Positions 27,567 to 40,900 of a stretch of DNA of 64,000 nucleotides are shown piece after piece. The notes under the pieces were generated by a model. It saw only the letters and a list, made by a program, of their open reading frames with translations, did not search any database and was not told the origin of the DNA. Within the stretch, counting starts at the first letter, position 1; the number at the start of each line of letters is the position of its first letter. The position numbers and the translations under genes are program-made. The stretch comes from Eledone cirrhosa (Eukaryota): NCBI GenBank assembly GCA_964016885.1, contig OZ024743.1:101618001-101682000 (forward strand). Direction: 5' to 3'.

Positions 27567-28114
27567 CCCCAATCCACACTCATATTTTTCTTCCCTACTT
27601 TCTCCCCCTTCGAAGCGTGCGGTAACTGGAATATTGTAAGCGAGCTCCTTTTGAAACGAAGCAGTTGTACAAGCAATAGCACCAGCAACACAAGCAGCAG
27701 CAATCATTGTTAAAAGTACGACTAAACATTGATTAGAAGGCAAACAAAGACAAGCACAAATAGACTGATAATATAAGAATAAGCATAAAAAAACCTGAAG
27801 ATAAGTGAAATATATATATTGGAATTTAATACAAATTTCTGTTATTGAAAGTAAACAGGAAAATTAATGTTTATATGGATGTTAGTCGCCATTTTGACAA
27901 TAGTGGGTGAATTTGCTTGGAAAATAACTGGATTATTTCGTTATTTACAAGAGACTAGATATGAGGCAAGTCAAAATGTTTCTTTTACACACTAAGGAAA
28001 TTTAAAAACTAGGTCTTTGATCATAACACTTATAATTTAGAACAATTATTAAACACCGAGTGAACCAAATCTTTAGAACAGAAACAATTATGTTATGTTG
28101 ATAAAAGAAAAATC

Positions 28115-28345
28115 CTAGATATGTGAGCAGTACTTTACTGTTATCTTGAGCTTTGTTGAGGTTCAGCGCTGTAGAGTGTCAGCTTTGTAGAGGTTCAGGG
28201 CTGTAGAGATTTCTAGATATGTGAGCAGTATTCTACTGTTATCTTGAGCTTTGTAGAAGCTCAACGTCAGCTTAGTGGAAGATCAATTGTCAAGATAGTT
28301 CTAGATATGTGAGCATTATCCTACTGTTATCTTCAGCTTTGTACA
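28115..28345. repeat. Three ~95 bp tandem repeats
   Basis: CTAGATATGTGAGCA.TA..CTACTGTTATCTT.AGCTTTGT occurs three times. Confidence 0.75.
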
Positions 28346-29076
28346 GGATTTTTATGCAAAAACACAAAAGCAAGCATGCAAGCATTTCAGATCACTGGTA
28401 AATAAAATAAAATAAAAACCAACAACGCACTATAACCTTTTTAGGCGAGTGAGGGGAGGAAATTATACTCAAACATAGGAGAAAGCAAAATGGCCTTATA
28501 TTGCAGGACCCACAATGAGTTTGGTATGGGTAAGTAAAATGAAGAAGTGACCACGAATCTTTGGCTAAAGCAGAGCATCGAGTTATCGCTGGATAGGAAA
28601 CTTAATGTGGACCTTTATGCAGCAGTGTCGACTCCGGTAAAGGATACAGAAGGGATAGTTGCCTAGGTTAAACCAGCCGATGCTTTAGGTCTACTGTTCA
28701 AAGAACACAGTCGATGGCTAGTCCGCATAGTTTTTGTCAACCCAATCTTACTCACAAGGTTTAGTTCAAGTCCAACGTTTGGCAGAAAAGACATGCCCAA
28801 AGTGCCACATAGCAGACGGGAATTCATGATGGGGTCACATAATGCAAAGGATCTTTGATCTCGAGTCTGTTCATGGGGCTGACCAACGATGTAAATAACA
28901 GGAACTACCAAAACAACGACATAATAATCTGCTTGGACACTTTACACATATATACATAGATAATTGCATATGTTAATTTCACGAGCAGGCTGAACTATTG
29001 ATAAAAAACCTCAAACATTCGTCGTTTAAACGGATAAACGGACACAGATCCAACACACACACACACATACAGCCCC

Positions 29077-29489
<413 letters not shown>

Positions 29490-30339
29490 AAAGTTAGTTC
29501 CAAAACAAATTATCAAACCCTACTCAACGGCGCGCATTTCACCGAAAGGATTCTGAACCCGTGTATAGCTGCGGTGAGAACGGAAGTGTATATGAGCTGA
29601 TTGGATTCTGCGCGACAGATGACGGGTTGACTTCCGTTCGGGGAAACGCGCGATGTCGAGTATGGTTTGCTAATTTGTTGTGGAATTAACACTATACCGA
29701 ACTCGTCCTTTGGAGTGATTACTCTGCTTACTATATATATAACCTCCATTTTTTTTTTACCACTATATATATATATATGACAGCATGAAACAAAAGGACT
29801 TAAAACATACGTGTTCAAAACACACACACAATATATACATACATGATGGCTGCAAACTCTGCTAAGAGTATTGCAATCGCTTGTCAGAATACAGAAAATG
29901 GTGCATTTTTAGGCTACGGTCAGCTACACAAACATGTAACATATCCTGAACAAGCAATGCCTGTGCTTTGAAGGTTTTTTAAGTGGAGAAAGGCCTTGCA
30001 CTCGACCAATCCCACTCTCTGAGCACGGAAAACACTACCCGAAAAGGAGAACTGGTCAACATCATCGGATGCTTCCGAGGCTGCAGATTTTTTTTTCAGT
30101 ATTTCCCTCTACTAGAAAGGTGTTGTGACAACAAATGGGGGCCTTTGACTCCCAGGTGAAAAAAGTACTATTTGGATGGCCGTTTATTCTGCTGAGTTCC
30201 TCCGCCCTTTGCCGGATCTTATTTTTCATCCCATAGGGTGTCCAAATATCACCCTCCTCACCAAGCAAGCTTGGTGGGGTTACCAGTTTAGTTGCCGACG
30301 ATCCAACTATGGGACAGATTGCACTGGGTTATATGTTAC

Positions 30340-30790
30340 CAGTAGCACTCGAGAGCGACCTCACATATACATAGATACCGGCCTGATATTGTTGTTTGGG
30401 GCACACATTGAAACGTCCTCTGTTGTAAAGATCAGTTGTCCACTTGATGTTAACGCTGTCAGAAAAATACAGGACTAGGAGGACATCTACGGACCATTGA
30501 TGAGGAGTTTGCAGATCCAGTATCCTAGATACACGTTCAGCTTCAAACCATCATTATTGGAGTTACATGTTATATACCAACCCGCTTGGACAACAGTATG
30601 ACTGAACTTAGATTCGTAGACAAAGGACGCAGCTCACTAATAAAAGATTACAAATGGTTGTGATAGCTGGCACCTTCAAAATTTACAAAACATTCTTGCC
30701 ATTAAAGGGTTAACAATTTCTTTTCTTTTACAACCTTGCCACCAGGAAGGTGGCCGGTCAAAAATGTACTTGAAATTAAGAGAAAGAGAA
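30340..30790 (+). mobile_element. R4/Dong-like RLE element 3' fragment
   Basis: RPHI (RPDI-like), ISCPLD, DIYGPLMRSLQIQYP and [10 protein letters not shown] motifs; 3' UTR matches 25020-25100. Confidence 0.7.
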
Positions 30791-30830
30791 ACATATACAT
30801 ACACACTCACACACACATATATATACACAC

Positions 30831-30925
<95 letters not shown>

Positions 30926-30958
30926 CATATATATATACATATATACACACACACACAC

Positions 30959-30995
<37 letters not shown>

Positions 30996-31042
30996 TACAC
31001 ACATACATATATATATATACATACACCCACACACCCACACAC

Positions 31043-31073
<31 letters not shown>

Positions 31074-31378
31074 TAGGGGAGAATTTGTGTGGTTTAATGA
31101 GGGAGAATTGTGAGAGTGAGAGAGTTAGGTTATGTAGTGGGATATAGAGAGAGGGAGAGAGTTTTGTGGTTTAGTGAGAGAGGAGGAATTGTGAGAGTGA
31201 GAAAGAGTGAGTCATGTAGCGGTATGTAGAGAGGGTGAGAAAGGTAATATTTTGAGAGAGAGTGACAAAATAATGTAGGAGGGAAGAAAAATGTTTTAAT
31301 ATTGTGAGACCCAATATTAATGGCCTGGCATTGAAGTAGCTGTGCATATGAGTGTGTGTGTTTATATGTATGTTTGTA

Positions 31379-31424
<46 letters not shown>

Positions 31425-31846
31425 GGGTGGGGTGGGGTGGGGGTGCGGGTGTGTGTGTTTGTGCGTGTTTATATATATATTGAGCGGGATACAGTAATGG
31501 TGTATTCGATTCTTTGAAGTCACCGGTTATAATTTCATTCAACAAAACCAGCAGCTCTCTCTCTCTCTTCCATTTTCATTCTCTCTCTCCTTCTCTCTAT
31601 GTTTCTCTTTCAATCTATTTTCTCACAGCCACTATGTCTTTCTCTCTATCTTTATCTCTTTCTATTTTTGAAGATACCCGGAAAAATCCTGTATCTCGGG
31701 AACCCGTGCTCCGAATTATGCGAAACTTGTTTATTTCATTTGGAATTTCCCAATTATCTTCCAATTATGCGTTGTTTTGGCTGTTTTACATTACAGATAA
31801 GCACACAAACACAGAGTTTCAGCAGTAGTACTACTACTACTACTAC

Positions 31847-31905
<59 letters not shown>

Positions 31906-31972
31906 TATATAGTGCAAATTTATACGGGAACAAAAGAGAGAGGCAGACAAATAAAGGTTTATTAGGTTCACG

Positions 31973-32039
<67 letters not shown>

Positions 32040-32042
<3 letters not shown>

Positions 32043-32890
32043 TGAAAACATCGCGTGCTGCGTGGTTGCAAATGGGTTACATATGAATAAATTCAGTCCT
32101 TCATCAGTGATCTTCCAACCTTCATTGGTATTTCTTCGCTTTAAAGACCATATACCTCCGGTTGGTGCGAGCAACGGCTAAAGAAAGAAGTTGGGACACG
32201 TAAATAGGGGGAACGAGCGAGACAGTAAACAATCAAAGATGGTAATGCAACGAAAAGTGAGGAAGAAGGAGTCAAGTCCCTGAAATCGATGAACATAAGT
32301 TCTGTGAAATTGTAGACGAGAGAGAAAAATAAAGACCATATGACCTGGTCGAAGTGTGCGTGAGGAAAGAATCTCGCACAGGTCAAACGGGATGAAGTAG
32401 GAGAGGGAGTAGCAGAGAGTGAGTGAGTGAAAGTGTGAGGAAGAGGCTAACAGAGAGAGTGACTGTTAGAGGGGGTAAAAGGAAGTGAGAGATACAGAGA
32501 AAAAGGGAAAGGAGTAAGAAAGAAACAGATGGGTCACAGCGGAGGAAAATATATATATAAATATGAAAACATGGCGCCCTGCGTGGTTGCAAATGGGTTA
32601 CATATGAATAAATTTAGTCCTTCATCAGTGATCTTCCAACCTTCATTGGTATTTCATCGCTTTAAAGACCATATACATCCGGTTGGTGCGAGCAACGGCT
32701 AAAGAAAGTCGTTGGGACACGTAAATAAGGGGAACGAGCGAGACAGTAAACAATCAAAGATGGTAATGCAACGAAAAGTGAGGAAGAAGGAGTCAAGTCC
32801 CTGAAATCGATGAACATATGTTCTGTGAAATCGTGGACGAGAGAGAATAAAGACCATCAAACCTGGTCGAAATGTGAGCAAGGAAAGAAT
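32040..32890. repeat. Two ~335 bp direct repeats (32040-32385 and 32560-32890); reverse copy at ~60610-61070
   Basis: Near-identical blocks GCGTGGTTGCAAATGGGTTACATATG...GGTCGAA; non-coding, flanked by (TA)n. Confidence 0.8.
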
Positions 32891-33655
32891 TTATATATAT
32901 ATATATAGTAATAATAAATATGAAGACCAAAATCCGAAGAGGACTCGATAATTATTGTATATATATAAAAGTATATATGAACCCGTAGAGCAAATATGTA
33001 TTATTTGTACAGATTAAAGTTTAAGCAAAGAATCATCCCTTACACCGTATTATGGGATCCCGTAATAGGATGAAAGCACCGATTTTTTCCTTAAACTTTA
33101 ATCTGTACTAATGTATATATATATACACACACACATATATATATATATATATGAAAAGTTGCAGGACCCCGACGGCTTAGATCCGGCCATTTCGAAACGG
33201 TCGGAGCTTAGCCGTCGGGGATCCTGAATCTTTTTATATTACCCCACTCTACTACGATTGAGTACTCTGTTTGGTTATGGTCCACATGGTATTTTACCAC
33301 ACTCTTTTTGATATATACACCATATTAGATACATATATATGTACTTGTATACGCATGTATAACCATGTTTCAGCCATCATCTATAGTTACTCAGATTCAC
33401 TAAACTTTAGGGCCTTGAAACATCAAACTTTAGTTTAACTCGGATCCTTTTGACTGAGCTGCGCTGGCGCCAGAAAAGCTGTACCGACTGATCTAACAGA
33501 ATCGTTTCACTGCTCTAGTTGGTAGTTGATGGGAAGGCTGATACAACATGACATTCTATGGTGATAACGAAATTAAGTCGCTTTGTAAAATAGATATAGC
33601 ATGCAAACTCATACACACTCATATAAACACACACACACACACACACACACATAAC

Positions 33656-33731
<76 letters not shown>

Positions 33732-33764
33732 TAAATATATAGAGATAGACAGATATAGATAGAT

Positions 33765-33816
33765 ATGTTTCTTTTATTTGCCACCAGGGCATCAAAAGTG
33801 GGACAAGTACAAAGGG
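33765..33816 (-). mobile_element. ~50 bp 3'-terminal copy of the Tx1 element-1 family in a GATA-like tract
   Basis: Minus strand TTGTACTTGTCCCACTTTTGATGCCCTGGTGGCAAATAAAAGAAACATATCTATC matches 41662-41716; TATC-like repeats on both sides. Confidence 0.85.
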
Positions 33817-34604
33817 AGATAGAGAGATAGATAGAGAGAGAGATAGACACACACACACGCGCGCACAAACACACACACAAATGCACATACAAACATACAG
33901 AGAAAAACAAACACAATGAACTAATACACACACAAAAACAACCACAAATGCACATACGCCGCACAAACACACATTTCAGCATGTATGTGAATTCAGACAC
34001 AGAACATGTAGTATGTTGTAAATCGATATATGCCAAGTACCCGCTAACGAAGCCTGTACGGTTTCGTTTCCCATACTAGAACTATCAGTTAAATTTCTCT
34101 CAAATCACACCATAAGATCTTTAAAAACGGAAAGAAACATTGGTTAAAGTATGTCTGAAAAAAGAAAAAAAGACGATAGGTCTGTTAGATTAAGTCTGAT
34201 CTGTGTTTAAACAATATCAGCAACAAAATCATCACCTCTATAGACTAACACACACACACACAGACAAACACACAGACAAACACACACACACATACACAGG
34301 CACGCACACACACACAAAAGTACACATACAGAGATAAACACACTCACGCAAGCACACACACACACACGCACACACATCTAATGCAAATAGACGTGTCAAG
34401 CAAATATTTTTCTAATGCAATGGCAATCGATTTGATTTGAGAATTTGATTAGATTTTCACGTGAAGATAAAGTACAAAAAAAAAAAAAAGAAATTCTGGA
34501 TGAATTGAATTTTCATCAATTGAGAATCGAAACCGGTTCTCAAGTTTCCAGATGCCGAGAAATTTCATGATCTATAACAGTCGTCATAAGTGTTATAAGA
34601 GGGT

Positions 34605-35213
34605 TGGCTGAAAAGTTCATAGGCTGGCTATGAAGGATTGATGCGAGAACTGTGAAATCTTGTATGCGTTAATTTTAATTATTCTTATTAATATTAAGGG
34701 TGGTATATTGGCACTATCCGTAGAGGATCGGACGCCATGCTTTGCAGCATAAAGTTACGGCTCTTTACGGTCTGAGTTCGAATCCCACTGGTTAACTTTG
34801 CCTTTCATCCTTGCGGGGTCGATAAAATAAAGCACCAGTAACGTACTGGGGTCGATTTATCCGACTTCCCCATCCTCCCAAATTACTGGACCTATACTAG
34901 AAATCAATATTAAGGGCGGTGGATTGGCAGTATCGGTAGAGCGTCAGACAACATGCTTTGCAGCTTAGAGTTATGGCCCTTTACGTTTTGAGATCAAATC
35001 CCGCCGAGGTTAACTTTGCTTTTCATCCTTACGAGGTCGATAAAATAAAGTACCAGTAATGCACTGGGGTAGTTGTTGGCCTTGTGCCAAAAGTAGAACC
35101 AATTATTCTTATTAATAATTGCATTGTTTCTTTCCAGGGACTATGTAGAAAAATAAACCTCATTTGGTCATTCCATGAGAGTATCGTGGTCAGCCTATGA
35201 ATAATTCAGCCAA
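34605..35213. mobile_element. Tc1/mariner-like MITE interrupted by a SINE dimer (34697-35108)
   Basis: Inverted TTGGCTGAAAAGTTCATAGGCTG / CAGCCTATGAATAATTCAGCCAA; the SINE pair is bounded by duplicated AATTATTCTTATTAATA. Confidence 0.55.
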
Positions 35214-35848
35214 AATCGTTGAGCATACGAGTATATGACTGTGTCGTTCATTGCTCTTGTTGTTGGACTCCCGTCGGTTCCGACGACGAGTTTTCTAGTC
35301 ATTTGAACAAAGGAAAGCCTGCTTGTAAAATTAATTGTTTCTACTTTTGGCACAAGGCCAGCAAATACCCAGTGCATTACTGGTACTTTATTTTATCGAC
35401 CTCGTAAGGATGAAAGGCAAAGTTAAACTCGGCGGGATTTGAACTCAGACCATAAAGGGCCGTAACTCTTAGCTGCAAAGCATGGCGTCCGACCCTCTAC
35501 CGATGAGCATTCCACAGATACGTGTATTGTTAACGTAATTCTCAGGGAAATTCAGTGTGACAGAGTATATATGTGTGGGAACTATGATGGTTTGGACGAG
35601 TTGACATCGAAAGGGCTACATATATTTTTGCAGTGATCAGTTAAAAGTAGGGTATGCGGTTACTGATGAAGTAACACTATTTGAAACTGTGGCGTAGTTA
35701 ATCTCGCTTTTCTGTTCCCAATGATATTGTATAAACAAAAAGACAGCCTTTATAACTGACCAATGTATCTAACTAATTATATTTAGTTTATATATGCAGC
35801 GAGGGTCACCGCCTATGGAATTGTCATATGGTATATTTTCTCATTACA

Positions 35849-35913
<65 letters not shown>
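35849..35913. repeat. (TATC)n microsatellite upstream of the Tx1 array
   Basis: Pure TATC run; the same repeat separates the elements at 41709-41733, 47445-47526, 47809-47963 and 53834-53850. Confidence 0.95.
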
Positions 35914-36130
35914 GGGATGGACACACGCGTATAACTTGCTGAGTAAGTTCTGTTTAAATTTCTATAGAAATTCTTGTCTGATAACTTTAATTTTTGTACC
36001 ATTTTGTAGAGGGACTGCCAGGTCAAACTTTGATCTGGTCAGTCTCTCAAAATATTCTACGCATTTAGGCGAAATAGTTAAACAAAAAAAAAAAAAAGTT
36101 TTTTCTTGTTGAAAAGTCAATATTTTTTAA

Positions 36131-37927
36131 ATGGCCGAAGCTTCTTCACCAAAATTCGAAGGAGGAAAGGGGAAGATGAACTTACAGCTTCCCCCTGCCA
36201 CTGTCACAGTAGCAGAGGTCAAGAAGAAAGGTCAGCCAGAGGAAGAATTCTCTCCACCTGTTAACCGACAACTTGACGTTGCCATGGCAACAACCCAAAG
36301 AACCAGCAGCAACAGCAACAACAACAACAATGCGACGGACGAAAACAACACCAATAACAATAACAATAACAACAACAACAACAAGACCAATAACGGTGAC
36401 AACAACAACAATGATAACAACAACACCACCAACGACAACAACAACACAAACAAACAAAATTTCTCCTTCGCCGAGACGACAAGGAAAACCCTCGACTATC
36501 TGCCAGTAGATATAACAAAAGCGAAGGAGCTACTGGCGGATGCGAAAAAATATATAGTGTACGGAGAAAATGGTTCATTCACAATCCATTCCCCCCCGGA
36601 ACTAAAAAGCCAGAGACTCCTAAACACGGTCATGTTTAGGACAATCTCGAACAAAAGTAAAAAACCAGCTCAACCATCACAGAGCGAGATAGAGCTGGTT
36701 TTAAAAGACGTCATGAAGGACATCACCTTCATTCAGAAGGATAGACTCTACGGGAGTCTATCCATTCTCATGAAGGACAGGGACACAGCAGTGAAACTGT
36801 CCATCAAACCAATCACATCCACCGCATACACCTTCTACCCTACGTACATGGGTAGAAGAACACAAAAAATAAAAATCCACACCATCCTGCCGATTATGGA
36901 CATATGGTGGGTTTTGACAGGTTTTCTGGACCTGGAGGATGACATGCTGGTGTCCATGGGAAAGGCATCGGGTGACGCGTTCAGTGGAACGAGCCTCGAA
37001 CTTGTAGTTCAAATGAGGCCTGAAAGGATCGCCCAGATCCCTGAACGCGTCATACTGGATGATCTAACCTTCATCAACATTACCGTTGAGGGTAGACGGC
37101 CCCCGTGTTACCTCTGCGGAACCAGAGATCACCTGAGGGCTGTCTGTCCCCAACTTAATAAGAAAACCCCAATCCTGCCTACACCACCAACAACTGCACA
37201 ACCAACACAATCACCACAACTACCACTACAAAAACAACCACCACAGCTCAAACCAAAACAAAACAATGTCCAACCCATCCCCTCCACTCAAAAAACAAAA
37301 ACAATTTCCAAAACACCCGTACCGCAAACACAACCCGAAAATATACCCCTCCCCTCCAACGCGGAAGATGACCCTAGTTCGTCGTCAGACGAGGAGGAGC
37401 ACTTCCACACAATCAAAAGAAAAAAAAGAAAACACACCTCAGACACACAAATGAAAAAAAACCCTCCCCAAAACATAACACTGACACCAACACAAAAGAG
37501 CTCACAACAACAGCAAACAAAAAACACCACACAAAAACAAAAACATGCATACACATACATAAATACAAGAAACAAAAAACTGTTAAACATTGTGTACAAC
37601 AACAATCTAATAAAAACACAAGGGCCTAACTTCACCCAGGCAGGGGATTTCCCCCACCTCAAAATGATTAAGGCCCCACAGGACACCTATAAAACTTTAA
37701 AAAACAATTTTAAAGAGGACGTGGGTCCCCCCTGCGTCGGGCCCATTAACCGCGTCCTCCTAAAAAACTATCCCACCCCCTCCCCAAACACCCACACAAC
37801 TCCAAGCTCCCCAACCACACAACACACTGATGCCCCCACACTTCCACAAACCACCACCCCACCCAACAACCCATCCCCCACCCTAATGGAAATTGTGCAG
37901 CCCGATACCCGGAACGCAGAGAGGTAA
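36131..37927 (+). CDS. Tx1 ORF1p (gag-like, CCHC zinc knuckle), intact 598 aa
   Basis: Asn-rich N-terminus, SFAE motif, CYLCGTRDHLRAVC knuckle, Pro/Thr linker, acidic patch plus KRKKRK, conserved C-terminal block. Confidence 0.9.
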   Translation: MAEASSPKFEGGKGKMNLQLPPATVTVAEVKKKGQPEEEFSPPVNRQLDVAMATTQRTSSNSNNNNNATDENNTNNNNNNNNNNKTNNGDNNNNDNNNTTNDNNNTNKQNFSFAETTRKTLDYLPVDITKAKELLADAKKYIVYGENGSFTIHSPPELKSQRLLNTVMFRTISNKSKKPAQPSQSEIELVLKDVMKDITFIQKDRLYGSLSILMKDRDTAVKLSIKPITSTAYTFYPTYMGRRTQKIKIHTILPIMDIWWVLTGFLDLEDDMLVSMGKASGDAFSGTSLELVVQMRPERIAQIPERVILDDLTFINITVEGRRPPCYLCGTRDHLRAVCPQLNKKTPILPTPPTTAQPTQSPQLPLQKQPPQLKPKQNNVQPIPSTQKTKTISKTPVPQTQPENIPLPSNAEDDPSSSSDEEEHFHTIKRKKRKHTSDTQMKKNPPQNITLTPTQKSSQQQQTKNTTQKQKHAYTYINTRNKKLLNIVYNNNLIKTQGPNFTQAGDFPHLKMIKAPQDTYKTLKNNFKEDVGPPCVGPINRVLLKNYPTPSPNTHTTPSSPTTQHTDAPTLPQTTTPPNNPSPTLMEIVQPDTRNAER

Positions 37928-37951
37928 GTGCCTTTTCTCTTCACCACCAAC

Positions 37952-40900
37952 ATGGCTATGCTAAGAGTAGGCTGTTTAAATGCGCATGGCCTGGGCTCAA
38001 CTTGGAAGCAAGCAATGCTTCTAAATGACCTCAGGTCACAACGTATAGATGTGATGGTTATTTGCGAGGCCCGGATCAGCAACGTGTGACAGCTGGCCCC
38101 CACCTTTGATGACTTTGAGATGCACGCATCTCTCTGTCAGCCCGGAGGTGGGGGTGGAGTTGTCGTTCTGCTGCAAAAACATCTGGGTCTCGCAACACAG
38201 ATGGTACATTTGGACCCGGAGGGTCGACTAGTGGTTCTGGACCTTGGCAGTGGTAAAGGCGGAGCGTTTAGGTTGGTAGCCGCCTACGGCCCTTTCGGGT
38301 CAATGCGGCCGGACTTCTTCCATCGTCTGGAGACTTTTCTGGGGACGTCCCGCTCCTTGCTATTAGTGGGGGACTGGAATGGTATCCTAGATGCACGCTG
38401 GGACTACGTAGGGGCCTGCCCCGATAGAGAGGGGTGTAATAGCCTCAAAGGGTTAATCGGTCGATTTGACCTGGCCGATAGATATCGACTAGATTTTCCG
38501 ACTGCGCCAACCTGGACTTGGGCAAATCGTAGCGGATCATCTAGGTCGTACCTAGATAGGTTCTTAGTTAGAATTAGGGATAAGGACTTTTTAAGTTGTC
38601 CAAAAATGCGCATGGTTGGCTATTCAGACCACAAATTAGTGACCTGCATGGTCAACCTTGACAGAACTCATAGACAGGGCCCCGGTTACTGGAAGCTCAA
38701 CTTGTCCTTGCCGGCAAGTAGAGCCTACAGGAATCGGATTAGTACGTTAGTTAAGGAACGGTTGACTGGAGCGATCGTCAACAGCAGGTGGTGGGTATCT
38801 CTAAAGAGAGAGATTAGAGTAGTCTCGATAGAATTTAGTAAGGTTTTAGCTGCGGATAGGAATAGGAAGGAAAGGGAGCTAATAGATAGAGTAGAAGAGG
38901 CAATTAGAAGCGGCGACGTGGCCAGAGTGCTAGCGTCGAGAACGGCTTTGAGCCAGTTTTTCGACGCGAAGCACGAAGGCTGCGTTGTCCGAAGTAAAAT
39001 ACGTGCTCTAGGGAACGAGGGGACCAAAGCTGTTAGCTGGGCCCGCGTGACAGAGGCCAACAGTGGAACTAAATCCACCATCCTGTCTTTGCGAGACCTG
39101 GATGGACGGGCGATTCTTGAGCCTAGGCAGATGTGTGAGGCCTTTCAAAGGCACTTTGCCCGACTGTTCGGGAGGGGCGGGGAGCCGGTTGGGAACGTGG
39201 ACTTCGGTCCATACCTGGACGGCCTGCCGCGCCTCTCGGACAGGGAGGCGAAGTCCTGCGAGGAGCCGATTTCGGCCGCTGAGATAGAGGACGTGCTGAG
39301 CCAATGCGGCAAACGCAAATCCCCGGGTCTCGATGGTCTTCCTTACGAATTATATCTAGCTATGCCGGACTTGTTCCCCGATCTCCTCGAGGCGGTCTAC
39401 TGCAACTGGCAACAGAACGGGAGAATTCCCTGTACTGTGACCAAGGGCGTAGTCACGCTAGTGAGGAAGGACGAGAACAAGGGGGACGAAATAAGTAACT
39501 TCAGGCCCATAACTCTGCTAAATACAGAGTTACAGATTTTGGCCAAGGTGCTAGCAAAGAGGTTGGCGCTTGTCGTGGGCAACCTGGTGGAAGATGCGCA
39601 GACATGCGCTATCCCGTCCAGGTCCATCCATGACAACCTCCACCTCGTGCGATACATCATAGACAGGGTTGGGAACGAACCCGGCTTTGGTGGGGCTCTG
39701 ATCAACTTGGATCAATCTAAGGCGTTCGATAGGGTCGACCATGGTTACCTGGATGCGGTGCTAGCGGCGGCAGGCTTCGGACCCATTTTCAGGGGCTGGA
39801 TCACTGCTATGCACAGCAGCCGCATCTGCTCTAGGGTCAAGGTGAACGGCTACCTCTCGGAGCCGTTCAAAATCGCACGGTCCATCCGACAAGGGTGCCC
39901 TCTCTCCTCCCTTCTGTATGTGTTGACTCTCGAGCCACTACTGCGGAAGTTGGAGTTGTTGCAGGGCATCCCTTTGGAACCGGGATTGCGGAAAGCGGTG
40001 TCGGCCTACGCCGATGACGTGACAGTAATGGTGTCGACGGCCTCCGAAATCGAGGCGGTCGGCACCTTACTGGAGGAGTACGAAAAGTTCACAGGGGCTA
40101 AGCTGAACCGGGACAAGTCGATCGGTTTGCAACTCGGCACGTGGAGGGTCAGACCGATGCCCTCCGATGGCGTCGCCGGACGCTGGACGGAGGGCCCGGT
40201 GAAGTTGCTCGGGGTCTGGTTCGGACCGGACCTCCAGGTGGAGAAAAACTGGGCGGAGGTTACGAACAGGGTGTTTGCACTGACCCAGAAGTGGGCCAGT
40301 TGCAAACTATCCCTGAAAGGTCGGGCGGAGGTGGCGAACACCTACATAGCGTCCGTCATCTACTACCGCCTGACCGTAGTGCCCTGCCCAAGGGAAACCC
40401 TCACCAAGATGGAGCGCGCGCTCTTCCAATTCCTTTGGAAGAGGCGGGCTCCTATGGTGAGGAGATCCATCTGCTGTCAACACCCTTCGAAAGGAGGGCT
40501 GGGGATGGCGTGGCTAATGATGCGTAAACACGCATTAAGGCTACGGCACCTCTACGTATTCCTCACCGGACAACCGGTGTGGGCCTCGTTTGTGAGACGA
40601 ACCTTTCCCAGACTCGTCTCACTCACCGAGCTGCAATCCTGGGTCAAGCAAAGACCGAGAAAACTGGGCGCCTGGCACACTGAGTGTGCCCAGGCGCTCA
40701 CCGCCCTCTGGCAGGCGGATCCGGTTATCAGTGGAGACTCCACCGCAACATTCTATAGAGAGCTGGTACGCAGCAGGTGCGACGACGCCCTCGGAGAAGC
40801 CCTAGACATGGAGGAGGACGAACTGGCCGGCCTGTTCGGTAGGACATTCAGCCCGGGACCTATGGACAACTTCCAGAAGTCCCTGGCCTGGCAGTGCTAC

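Noticed and set aside
28115-28345. CRISPR-like repeat-spacer array
   Set aside because: Eukaryotic context, degenerate repeats, partly repetitive spacers and no cas genes
38087-38089. In-frame TGA in element 1 ORF2 as programmed readthrough or selenocysteine
   Set aside because: Paralogs have AGA, CGA and CAG at this codon; a single nonsense substitution explains it
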